A stretch of 39,186 bases of DNA. Source: Sphaerochaetaceae bacterium. GTDB lineage: Bacteria > Spirochaetota > Spirochaetia > Sphaerochaetales > Sphaerochaetaceae. Shown here one piece after another: positions 7,716-16,189 of the stretch. Positions within the stretch are counted from its first letter, which is position 1, and each line of letters begins with the position of its first letter. The notes under the pieces are model-generated. The model was given only the letters and a program-made list of their open reading frames with translations, ran no database searches and had not been told where the DNA came from. The translations under genes were made by a program, and so were the position numbers. The stretch is from NCBI GenBank assembly GCA_041670175.1, contig JBAXZS010000001.1:1-39186 (forward strand), read 5' to 3'.

Positions 7716-9269
7716 ATGGCAAAGAACAAATCCAAGTTTAAAGAGGCAATGGCTATGGAAGATGCATTACAAGCTTATGTGACTCAGACAAAGAAAATTA
7801 ACAGTGGAATGGCAGGCTATGTGGCTGCTCTGCAAAACGTGTCCAAGGTGTCGCCCTTGGTAGCTGGGCGAATCGTTCAGGAACTAGCAGACCAACGTAC
7901 TAATTTGAAGCTTATCGCCAGTGAGAATTTCTCCTCGCTGAGTGTTCAAAGTGCTATGGGAAACCTTCTTACCGACAAGTACAGTGAAGGATTCTCCTAC
8001 CACCGATTCTATGCCGGTTGTGACAATGTGGATGCCATTGAGGCTTTTGCCAATGAGCAGGCTTGTAAACTTTTTGGTGCGGAGCATGCCTATGTACAAC
8101 CCCACAGCGGAGCTGATGCGAATCTCTGTGCCTATTGGGCGATATTGAACACCCGCATCCAGATGCCTGCATTTCAGGAACTTGGAGAAAGCAACCCCGC
8201 CCATTTGTCCCGTGAGGTGTGGAATTCCTTGCGTGCCAAGTTAGGAAATCAAAGAATTCTTGGCTTGGATTACTATAGTGGCGGGCATCTTACCCATGGA
8301 TATCGCCAGAATGTATCGGCGCAGATGTTTGATGCTTATAGCTATACCGTGGACGAGAAGACGAAGTTACTTGATTATGATGCCATTGAGAAGTTGGCCA
8401 TTGAGATAAAACCTTTGATTCTTATCGCTGGTTACAGCGCATATCCTCGGAAGGTGAACTTCAAGAGAATGAGTGAGATAGCCCACAAGGTGGGAGCCAC
8501 CTTCATGGTTGATATGGCTCATTTCGCCGGTCTCGTGGCAGGCAAGGTCTTTAGCGGAGAATACGAGCCTGTAGCCTGGGCCGATGTGGTCACCACTACT
8601 ACCCACAAGACTCTTCGAGGACCACGGGGAGGCATGATCCTTTGTAAGCAAGAGTATGCAGAGAGTGTGGACAAGGGGTGTCCTTTGGTGATTGGCGGGC
8701 CGCTTCCCCAGATGATGGCGGCTAAGGCGGTTGCTCTTACTGAAGCTTTGGAACCAGGGTTTGCCACCTACGCCAGGAGTATTGTCGACAATGCCAAGGC
8801 CCTTGCTGATTGTCTTATGAGTGATGGGGTTCCTCTTGATACCGATGGGACTGACAATCACCTGATGTTGCTGGATGTCAGGCCGTTCGGGTTAAATGGC
8901 CGCCAGGCTGAAAGTGCGCTTCGAGAATGTGGCATTACCCTCAACCGTAATGCGTTGCCTTTCGACCCTAACGGGCCATGGTATACCAGTGGATTGAGAA
9001 TTGGAACTCCTGCAGTCACCACATTGGGTATGGGAAAGGATGAGATGAAGGAAATCGCCTCCATTATCTCCTTGGTTCTGAAAAATTGCAAACCCACCAT
9101 GCTTTCCAAAGGCGAGCATGCAGGAACTTTCTCCAAGAGCAAGGCGACCATCGAACCTACAATCAAGAAAGAGGCCCATGCTCGTATCGAGAAGCTTTTG
9201 ATGAGATACCCCCTGTATCCCGAGCTGGACTTAGCTTTTTTGCAGGAGCACTTTCCCCTCGACAAGTAA
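7716..9269 (+). CDS. glyA: Serine hydroxymethyltransferase (long form)
   Basis: Diagnostic motifs: LIASENFSS, HSGADAN, GGHLTHG, and TTTTHKTLRGPRGG (PLP lysine). The start is ambiguous. The ATG at 7716 has no clear SD. The ATG at 7755 lies 8 nt after AAGAGG and is an alternative. Confidence 0.9.
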   Translation: MAKNKSKFKEAMAMEDALQAYVTQTKKINSGMAGYVAALQNVSKVSPLVAGRIVQELADQRTNLKLIASENFSSLSVQSAMGNLLTDKYSEGFSYHRFYAGCDNVDAIEAFANEQACKLFGAEHAYVQPHSGADANLCAYWAILNTRIQMPAFQELGESNPAHLSREVWNSLRAKLGNQRILGLDYYSGGHLTHGYRQNVSAQMFDAYSYTVDEKTKLLDYDAIEKLAIEIKPLILIAGYSAYPRKVNFKRMSEIAHKVGATFMVDMAHFAGLVAGKVFSGEYEPVAWADVVTTTTHKTLRGPRGGMILCKQEYAESVDKGCPLVIGGPLPQMMAAKAVALTEALEPGFATYARSIVDNAKALADCLMSDGVPLDTDGTDNHLMLLDVRPFGLNGRQAESALRECGITLNRNALPFDPNGPWYTSGLRIGTPAVTTLGMGKDEMKEIASIISLVLKNCKPTMLSKGEHAGTFSKSKATIEPTIKKEAHARIEKLLMRYPLYPELDLAFLQEHFPLDK

Positions 9270-9309
9270 GTATCGTAATGATAGCATATTTTAAATTAGG
9301 AGATTTTTA

Positions 9310-9693
9310 ATGAGCAAGATTTTGTCCGATTGTCGTTATAGCAAGGATCATGAATGGGTCAAGATTAAAGAAGGAAAGGCCTATGTGGGTATAACGGATT
9401 ACGCTCAGGCAAGTCTGGGTGAGATTGTGTATGTGGAGACGCCCAAGGTCGGTGATCATCTTGCATTGGGCGATGATTTTTGTAACATTGAGTCAGTCAA
9501 GGCTGCAAGCCCGATTATCAATCCTCTTGCAGGTGATGTCGTTGAAGTCAATAAGAGCTTGGAGGGACAGCCTGAGTTGCTCAATCAGAATTGTTATGAT
9601 AATTATATCTATGCCTTGGATAAGTTCAACCAAAGTGAGTTCGATGCTTTGATGGACAGCTCCCAATATGAGCTGTTCCTCCAATCCAAATAA
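9310..9693 (+). CDS. gcvH: Glycine cleavage system H protein
   Basis: VGITDYAQASLGEIVYVE...IESVKAAS (lipoyl-lysine motif). 127 aa. A TAGGAGA SD precedes the ATG. Confidence 0.95.
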   Translation: MSKILSDCRYSKDHEWVKIKEGKAYVGITDYAQASLGEIVYVETPKVGDHLALGDDFCNIESVKAASPIINPLAGDVVEVNKSLEGQPELLNQNCYDNYIYALDKFNQSEFDALMDSSQYELFLQSK

Positions 9694-9700
9694 CTATTCC

Positions 9701-9725
9701 AGAACCGTCGGTTTCCGACGGTTCT
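9701..9725 (+). other. Intercistronic GC-rich hairpin between gcvH and gcvPA
   Basis: AGAACCGTCGG (9701..9711), TTT loop, CCGACGGTTCT (9715..9725): an 11-bp perfect stem. It is followed by GTTGTCTTG, which is not a clean U-tract. Confidence 0.5.
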
Positions 9726-9747
9726 GTTGTCTTGAAGGAGATGTGCG

Positions 9748-11103
9748 GTGGTATATCCTTATATTCCTCATACAGACGAGGACCGTCAGCAAATGATGGC
9801 GGCGATTGGGATTCATTCACTTGAGGAGCTCTATGGCGATCTTAGTGAGGAAATCCTTTTGTCGGACAGTGTGCCAATTAGTCAGGGAAGAAGCGAAGAC
9901 GAAGTGATTCGAATGATAACGACATTGGCAAATAGAAATGTGAAAGGCATCCCGTTTCTGGGAGCTGGATGTTATGACCATATCATACCCTCTGTGGTGG
10001 AGGCTATTTCCTCTCTGCCCTCGTTTGTCACTGCGTATACCCCTTATCAGGCTGAGATGAGCCAAGGGATACTGCAAGTGATGTATGAGTTCCAAAGTAT
10101 GATTTGCCAGCTTACCGGTATGGATGTGAGCAATGCCTCCCTCTATGATGGGGCGAATGCCCTTGTGGAGGCCGCCAATATCTGTTTGAATTTCACCCGT
10201 GGTAAGAATACCGTGCTGGTATCTTCAACCATCCATCCCTTTGCACTGCAGGTGCTTGCCACTTGGGCTTTGGGAACAGAGAGAAAGCTTGTCCTGCTTC
10301 CTGAGATCGAGGGCGTATGTGATTTTACTTCCTTGGATGAAAAGCTTACCAGCGAAGTGGGTGGCGTTCTGGTGCAAAGCCCGAATTGTTATGGATTGTT
10401 GGAGGATTATTCAAATCTTGCGGAGACGATTCATGCGAAAGGTGATCTCCTTTGTATTAGCAGCGATCCGTTGTCATTGGGTTTGCAAAAGAGCCAGCGG
10501 CAATGGAATGCCGATATTGCTGTTGGCGACACCCAGGCTTTTGGTATCCCTCTTTCCTTTGGAGGGCCGACTTGTGGGTATATGGCGGTCACGGATGCCT
10601 TGGTGCGCAAGATGCCGGGACGCATTGTGGGAGCGACCACTGATGCCAATGGCAAGCGTGGCTTTGTGTTGACACTGCAGGCTCGGGAGCAACATATCAA
10701 AAGGGAAAGGGCTACAAGCAACGTGTGCACCAACAATGCTCTCTCAGCGTTGATGACCACTGTCTATCTCTCCTCCCTTGGCTGGGGCGGAGTGAAAGAG
10801 GCTGCGAGCCAAAGTTATGTGAAGGCCCATTATCTGGCCTATCATCTGGCTCAGCTCCCAGGTATTACCATTCCTTGGGATAAACCTTATTGGTGTGAGT
10901 TCCCCTTGGTATTTCATGATGCAAAGAAGATGCGCAAGTATATACAGGAACTTCGCAATGAGGGAATTTATGCGGGGGTGAGGTTTTCTTCCCTGACTCG
11001 CAGGAGCAAGGATGAGTTGATTCTGCTGGTTGCCGTGACCGAAAAACGTAGCCGCGAGGAATTGGAATTGTATCTTGCGGCTGCCAGGAGAGTGATGAAA
11101 TGA
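9748..11103 (+). CDS. gcvPA: Glycine dehydrogenase (decarboxylating) subunit 1
   Basis: The N-terminus YIPHTDEDRQQMMAAIGI and the 451-aa length are typical of GcvPA. GTG start at 9748, 7 nt after GAAGGAG. Confidence 0.9.
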   Translation: MVYPYIPHTDEDRQQMMAAIGIHSLEELYGDLSEEILLSDSVPISQGRSEDEVIRMITTLANRNVKGIPFLGAGCYDHIIPSVVEAISSLPSFVTAYTPYQAEMSQGILQVMYEFQSMICQLTGMDVSNASLYDGANALVEAANICLNFTRGKNTVLVSSTIHPFALQVLATWALGTERKLVLLPEIEGVCDFTSLDEKLTSEVGGVLVQSPNCYGLLEDYSNLAETIHAKGDLLCISSDPLSLGLQKSQRQWNADIAVGDTQAFGIPLSFGGPTCGYMAVTDALVRKMPGRIVGATTDANGKRGFVLTLQAREQHIKRERATSNVCTNNALSALMTTVYLSSLGWGGVKEAASQSYVKAHYLAYHLAQLPGITIPWDKPYWCEFPLVFHDAKKMRKYIQELRNEGIYAGVRFSSLTRRSKDELILLVAVTEKRSREELELYLAAARRVMK

Positions 11104-12554
11104 GTGAACGCCTACTGATTGAATTATCTAAAAAAGGCAGGAAAGCCTATTGTTTCCCCGCTTTGGATCTGCCTCGGGGTTTTGAGGAGGCATTGCCAAG
11201 TTTGCCACCGCAATACCTCAGGTTGGAAAGCGCGAAACTTCCTGAAGTCTCCGAATTGGATGTGGTCAGGCATTTTACCCGTCTTTCCAATCTGGCATAC
11301 GGAGTCGATGACGGTATCTATCCTTTGGGATCCTGCACCATGAAATATAATCCAAAGCTCAGCGAGAGCCTGGCCAAGCTCTCGGAGTTCACCTGCATGC
11401 ATCCTTTGCAGGATTCCTCGACCATCCAGGGGTGCCTTTCTTTGATGTACAACCTATTGGAAGATCTTTCTTCCATCACCGGTATGAACTGGGGGACTCT
11501 CCAAGGATGCGCCGGGGCTCATGGAGAGTATACCGGATTGAAGATTATCAGGGCCTTTTTCCTTACCAAAGGAGAGACACAGCGCAATATCGTGCTTGTC
11601 CCGGAAAGTGCCCATGGTACAAATCCTGCCAGTGCCGCCATGAATGGCTACAATGTAGAGGTGATCAAAAGCAACGCCCAGGGTTTGGTTGATCTGGATG
11701 ACTTGAAAGAGAAACTGAATGAGAGAGTCGCTGCGGTCATGCTCACCAATCCCAATACATTGGGATTGTTCGAGAAAGATATTTTGAGCATAGGGGCCCT
11801 GGTCCATGAGAATGGAGCCAAACTGTATTATGATGGAGCGAACCTGAACGCCATCATGGGTATGGCGACGGTGGGTGATATGGGCTTTGATGTCCTCCAC
11901 CTGAATCTTCACAAGACTTTTGCGACTCCCCATGGAGGGGGAGGTCCTGGCAGCGGACCTGTCATGGTCACTGAGGAGCTTCGTCCCTTTTTGCCGAGAC
12001 CGGACATCCGTTTGACCGACAGCGGGTATGTCTTTGATTGGGACCAGAATCTTTCAATTGGAAAGATCAGCATGTTCTGGGGTAATTTTCTGGTGCTTGT
12101 CAAGGCATATGTCTACATCCTGAGGATGGGAAGTGAAGGGCTGAGGGCAGCGAGCTGCCATGCCACACTGAACGCCAATTATCTTCTTTCCCGGCTGAAG
12201 GGAACTTTTGAGATTCCTTATGGACCTCGGTGCAAGCATGAGTTTGTGGTCAGTTGCCAAGATCTGAAGGAGAAGTATGGTATTTCCGCTCTTGATATCT
12301 CCAAGGCCCTGATTGAAAGGGGATATCATCCCCCGACGATGTATTTCCCTTCCCTGGTCCACGAGGCCTTGATGTTCGAGCCAACCGAGAGTGAAAGCGT
12401 GGAGACCCTTGACAAGCTTGCAGATACTATCATCGAGATAGTCAAGAAAGGTATCAAGGACCCTGACTGGATTCATGGTTGTCCTCATAATACGGTTGTG
12501 GGCCGTCTTGATGAGATTAAAGCGGTCAAGGAACCTAATTTCCGATATATTTAG
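11100..12554 (+). CDS. gcvPB: Glycine dehydrogenase (decarboxylating) subunit 2
   Basis: HLNLHKTFATPHGGGGPGSGPV (PLP-lysine region). ATGA overlap with gcvPA. Confidence 0.95.
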   Translation: MSERLLIELSKKGRKAYCFPALDLPRGFEEALPSLPPQYLRLESAKLPEVSELDVVRHFTRLSNLAYGVDDGIYPLGSCTMKYNPKLSESLAKLSEFTCMHPLQDSSTIQGCLSLMYNLLEDLSSITGMNWGTLQGCAGAHGEYTGLKIIRAFFLTKGETQRNIVLVPESAHGTNPASAAMNGYNVEVIKSNAQGLVDLDDLKEKLNERVAAVMLTNPNTLGLFEKDILSIGALVHENGAKLYYDGANLNAIMGMATVGDMGFDVLHLNLHKTFATPHGGGGPGSGPVMVTEELRPFLPRPDIRLTDSGYVFDWDQNLSIGKISMFWGNFLVLVKAYVYILRMGSEGLRAASCHATLNANYLLSRLKGTFEIPYGPRCKHEFVVSCQDLKEKYGISALDISKALIERGYHPPTMYFPSLVHEALMFEPTESESVETLDKLADTIIEIVKKGIKDPDWIHGCPHNTVVGRLDEIKAVKEPNFRYI

Positions 12555-12592
12555 TTTGTTACTGTTCATGCTGTCTGTGGTATACTGATGGC

Positions 12593-13993
12593 ATGAACAG
12601 CACACTCATTCAAAATGGACTTTTAGTGGATACCGAATGGACGCGACATGCGGATATTTTGGTAGAAGGGTCGAAAATTTCCCATATCTCGACGCACATT
12701 GAAGATCATGAGGTCTCTCAGGACACCCAGATTGTCAATGCCCATGGGCTTTGTCTTCTGCCTGGCCTTATTGACGCCCATACCCATTATCATCTTATCA
12801 GCAGGGGGACAGTGACCGCCGACTCCTTTATCCAAGGTAGTTGCTGTGCGGCTTTTGGGGGAGTTACGACAGTCATCGATTTCGCTGATGATGACAAGAA
12901 GGGGCATCTGGTGCTCTGCAGTGAGGATCGGATCAAGGCTATGGGAGAGGAGATGGCCATCGACTTTTCCTTGCACCAGGGGGTGTATGCGTATCGTGAC
13001 ACCTTGGAGGATGAGCTTGCAGATCTGAAAGGCCGTGGGGTAAGGGTGATCAAGATGTTCACCACGTACAAGAATGTAGGGTACATGGTGGAGAACCCCC
13101 AGGAGTTGAGGAAAGTGTTTGAGGCTGCCAAGGCATTGGATATGATGGTGTGTGTCCACTGTGAGGATGACGCCATGATCCAGGAAATAAACAGCTCGTA
13201 TCACGGCCCGTTCAATCCTGCTGCCCATGCGGTTTTACGTCCCAGTGAGGTCGAGGCGAAGGGCATTGAGACCGTGGGTAATATCGCCCATGATTTGGGC
13301 ATGCCCCTTTATGTAGTGCATCTGTCAAGCAAGAAGGGCTTGGAAATGGTTCGTTCCCTTAGGACCAGGGGTACCCGCATCATTGTGGAGACCACTCCGA
13401 CCTATCTGTTCTTGAATAAAAGCAAGTTGGAAGGAAGTGACGGTGCCTTGTATGTGATGACTCCTCCCTTACGGGACAAGCAAGACAACGAGGCCTTGCA
13501 GGAAGCCGTGCTCAACGGGGAGGTACAGGTGATCGCCACGGACCATTGTTCTTTCACTCGTGAGCAGAAACTATCCAGTGATGATTGCAGGACAATTTAT
13601 CCAGGAATCCCCGGAACCGAGGAATTGCTTCCCCTTGTTCATACCTTTGCTGCTCATAGTGGTCGTATTGGCATCCAGCAGGTGGTGAACCTGCTCTCAA
13701 CCGGACCTGCCAAGGCTTTTGGCCTTTATCCTAAGAAGGGAGTGCTGAAAGTTGGAAGCGACGCCGACATCGTGCTCTTTGATCCGGATGAGAGTTGGAC
13801 ACTGAGCAAGGATACGCTCCATAGCGCCAGCGGGTATACTGCATATGAAGGGATGCCCGTGCTTGGCAAGGTGAGATTCGTCTATAGCCGTGGCCGTCTG
13901 ATTATGGGAGATGACCTTTATCTAGGAATCCCTGGCAATGGCAAGTTTGTAAGTCAGGGTGAACCTGCCAAACTGAAAACAATCTTACATTAG
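12593..13993 (+). CDS. Dihydropyrimidinase / D-hydantoinase-like cyclic amidohydrolase
   Basis: Metal-binding and carboxylated-lysine pattern of the family: GLIDAHTHYHL, VIKMFTTYKN, VCVHCED, YVVHLSS, IATDHCSF. 466 aa. Confidence 0.8.
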   Translation: MNSTLIQNGLLVDTEWTRHADILVEGSKISHISTHIEDHEVSQDTQIVNAHGLCLLPGLIDAHTHYHLISRGTVTADSFIQGSCCAAFGGVTTVIDFADDDKKGHLVLCSEDRIKAMGEEMAIDFSLHQGVYAYRDTLEDELADLKGRGVRVIKMFTTYKNVGYMVENPQELRKVFEAAKALDMMVCVHCEDDAMIQEINSSYHGPFNPAAHAVLRPSEVEAKGIETVGNIAHDLGMPLYVVHLSSKKGLEMVRSLRTRGTRIIVETTPTYLFLNKSKLEGSDGALYVMTPPLRDKQDNEALQEAVLNGEVQVIATDHCSFTREQKLSSDDCRTIYPGIPGTEELLPLVHTFAAHSGRIGIQQVVNLLSTGPAKAFGLYPKKGVLKVGSDADIVLFDPDESWTLSKDTLHSASGYTAYEGMPVLGKVRFVYSRGRLIMGDDLYLGIPGNGKFVSQGEPAKLKTILH

Positions 13994-14027
13994 GTTTCTG
14001 GTTCCTGAATGAAGATTCATGAATAAA

Positions 14028-14069
14028 ACAGGATGTCGAGAGCAAAAGTCAACATCCTGTTTCGTTTTT
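14028..14069. terminator. Bidirectional-looking terminator hairpin between convergent genes
   Basis: ACAGGATGT (14028..14036), 15-nt loop, ACATCCTGT (14052..14060), then TTCGTTTTTA. An A-rich run lies on the other side. Confidence 0.55.
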
Positions 14070-14094
14070 ATGTCCGGTATTTCTTTTATCCTGT

Positions 14095-14820
14095 TTATCT
14101 TTTTTTGCTTTCCGTCTTGCGGAGGTAGATGAGCTGTCCATCCACTCTCTTGAACTCAAACAATCCTAAGGAGTGAAGAAACGGAGTCATCTTGGCAAAA
14201 CCATAATTTCGGACATCAAAATCAGGAAAACGCTTGACCAGCAGGGTTCCCAACTGTCCTGCGAACATCCATCCATCCTCATCGGAATTCTCCTCGATGA
14301 TGGTGAGAATGGCTTCGATGATAGGTGCCAGTTCCTCTTTCCTGGTACCATTGCGCTTGTCGTTGTGATTGTCCTCATCGGGGGCGCAATAGAGCATATC
14401 CAGATATTTGAATTGGTTGCATGCTGCGATGAACGGCTTCGGGGTTTTCTTTTCTCCCATTCCGATGACTTTTTTTCCTGCTTCCCTGAGCCTGGCAGCC
14501 AATCTCGTGAAATCGCTATCAGAGGAGACAATACAAAACCCATCGACTTTCCCTGAATAGAGGATATCCATCGCATCGATGATCATGGCGCTATCCGTGG
14601 CATTCTTTCCTGTAGTGTAGCTGTATTGCTGAATAGGCATGATCGAGTATTCCAGCAAGGCATTTTTCCATGATCCGACCATAGGGCTGGTCCAATCACC
14701 ATAAATGCGCTTGTAAGTAGCTATTCCCTCGTTGGTTATCTCATCAAGGATTATCTTGATATATTTCTCACTAATATTATCCGAGTCGATGAGCACTGCA
14801 AATTGAAGTTCATTGGCCAT
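14095..14820 (-). CDS. NYN (LabA/limkain-b1-like PIN) domain protein with a C-terminal OST-HTH/LOTUS-like domain
   Basis: FAVLIDSDNIS...YGDW...GKNATDSAMIIDAMDILYSGKVDGFCIVSSDSDFTRLAARLREAGKKVIG matches the NYN acidic-residue pattern. The C-terminal segment, GWMFAGQLGTLLVKRFPDFDVRNYGFAKMTPFLHSLGLFE, resembles OST-HTH. I prefer the ATG at 14820 (AAGGAAGG SD) to the TTG at 14853. Confidence 0.75.
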   Translation of the reverse strand: MANELQFAVLIDSDNISEKYIKIILDEITNEGIATYKRIYGDWTSPMVGSWKNALLEYSIMPIQQYSYTTGKNATDSAMIIDAMDILYSGKVDGFCIVSSDSDFTRLAARLREAGKKVIGMGEKKTPKPFIAACNQFKYLDMLYCAPDEDNHNDKRNGTRKEELAPIIEAILTIIEENSDEDGWMFAGQLGTLLVKRFPDFDVRNYGFAKMTPFLHSLGLFEFKRVDGQLIYLRKTESKKR

Positions 14821-15055
14821 GGCTGCACCTTCCTTTTCCTTACTGTACTTCAATTAATGAGCTGTGTCACCAAGCTATCGTGAGTGATTCATTGGTTTTT
14901 GATTGCCAAATGGATAAGATGGTACGGAACATATCGGGCAAGAGGGAGAAGCACCTGTGACCAGATGCGTCTGGAAATGAAATAGTGGAAAAGGAGACCC
15001 TCTCTTCTGTTGTCGTTTGTAAAAGAAAATCGTACTATTGGGAAAAGGGGTATGT

Positions 15056-16189
15056 ATGATTAATGAAGTATTGTTTGATATTGATGGTGCGTTCTTTGAT
15101 TTAAGGCCCCTGCTCCTTCAATCTTTGACCCAGTACTTTTCCCGGAGATACGGCATACAGCTCTCGAAAGAGGATTTTATTCCATTTGCCGACGGTGATG
15201 ACAGGACAGTGGTCCGGGGTGTTTTGGGGAAATATCCAGTTATGGACGAATACGAGAGCATCATGAAGGAGATTGCTCCTCTTGAGGAGAGACTTCTTGC
15301 TCAGGCCACCCCCCTTAATGGTTCTCTCCGGTTTTTTAGGAATTGCAAAAAATCAGGACTGAAGACAATCCTTGTGCATTGTTCCTCAAAGCAGCAATTG
15401 TCTATCGCACTCGGCCTTATGGGTCTTGGGGAAGGGGACTTTGACCAGGTCGCCTACCAACGGAGGGAGAACCATGGCAAGAGCCTAATTGATGCCGCAC
15501 TCGTTCCTTCTGAGTGTCTGGCTGTGGAAAGTTCTCTTGTTGCGATTGGCAGTGCCAAAAACGCAGGGGCCTTGGTATGTGGGGTCGTCGTTTCCCATGA
15601 TGCGGAGACCTTGTCCAAAAATGGAGCGGATATCATCTGTACCAGTCTGGGTGCCTTTGAGGATTTTTCCACCATTGAGCAGTTCAACTCCTTATTGAGA
15701 GCGATGCAATCAACTGATGACAATCGTGTCCTTTACGGAATGCAGAAGGTCATCCCTTGCCAGAGCAAATTATTTAATCTTCAAGAAGCGGTAAAACTGG
15801 CCATTGAAGAGGCGACAAAAGTAAGAGAGAATGCTTATGCTCCTTATTCCCACTATAAGGTTGGAGCAGCCATTGTAAGTGCGGGAAGCGGGGTCGTGTA
15901 TAGCGGTTGTAATGTGGAGAACTCAAGTTTCGGGGCCTCTATCTGCGCTGAACGCAATGCAGTGTTGCATGCGGTTGCCTGTGAGGGGACGCTGGGGATT
16001 GAAGCTCTGGTGGTGGTATCCGATGACAATCCTCCCGCACCTCCCTGCGCCCAATGCCTGCAGGTTCTTGCTGAATTCTGTAAGAGCGATACTGAGGTTC
16101 ATCTTGTTACGGTGGATCATACAGTCCATCTTGTATATCATTTTTCGCAGTTGCTCCCTTATCCTTTTGTGCTGGCAGGTCGAAATTAA
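15056..16189 (+). CDS. cdd: Fusion protein: N-terminal HAD-superfamily (beta-PGM-like) domain plus C-terminal homotetramer-type cytidine deaminase
   Basis: HAD motif I is LFDIDGAFFD. The motif IV region is ECLAVESSLVAIGSAKNAG. The Cdd zinc motifs are CAERNA and PCAQCLQVLAEF, preceded by AYAPYSHYKVGAAI. I prefer the ATG at 15056 (AAAGGGG SD) to the TTG at 15038. Confidence 0.8.
   Translation: MINEVLFDIDGAFFDLRPLLLQSLTQYFSRRYGIQLSKEDFIPFADGDDRTVVRGVLGKYPVMDEYESIMKEIAPLEERLLAQATPLNGSLRFFRNCKKSGLKTILVHCSSKQQLSIALGLMGLGEGDFDQVAYQRRENHGKSLIDAALVPSECLAVESSLVAIGSAKNAGALVCGVVVSHDAETLSKNGADIICTSLGAFEDFSTIEQFNSLLRAMQSTDDNRVLYGMQKVIPCQSKLFNLQEAVKLAIEEATKVRENAYAPYSHYKVGAAIVSAGSGVVYSGCNVENSSFGASICAERNAVLHAVACEGTLGIEALVVVSDDNPPAPPCAQCLQVLAEFCKSDTEVHLVTVDHTVHLVYHFSQLLPYPFVLAGRN

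Noticed and set aside
12054-13228. Long antisense ORFs (12054..12605, 12623..13228, 12790..13176) opposite gcvPB and the hydantoinase-like gene. Similar ones lie opposite glyA (8367..8861), rel (21095..21526, 22244..22708), kbl (27086..27553) and the GH94 gene (28882..29391, 29428..29868).
   Set aside because: Each lies fully inside a gene whose product has strong, family-diagnostic motifs on the other strand. The antisense translations are low-complexity with no motifs. They are typical shadow ORFs.
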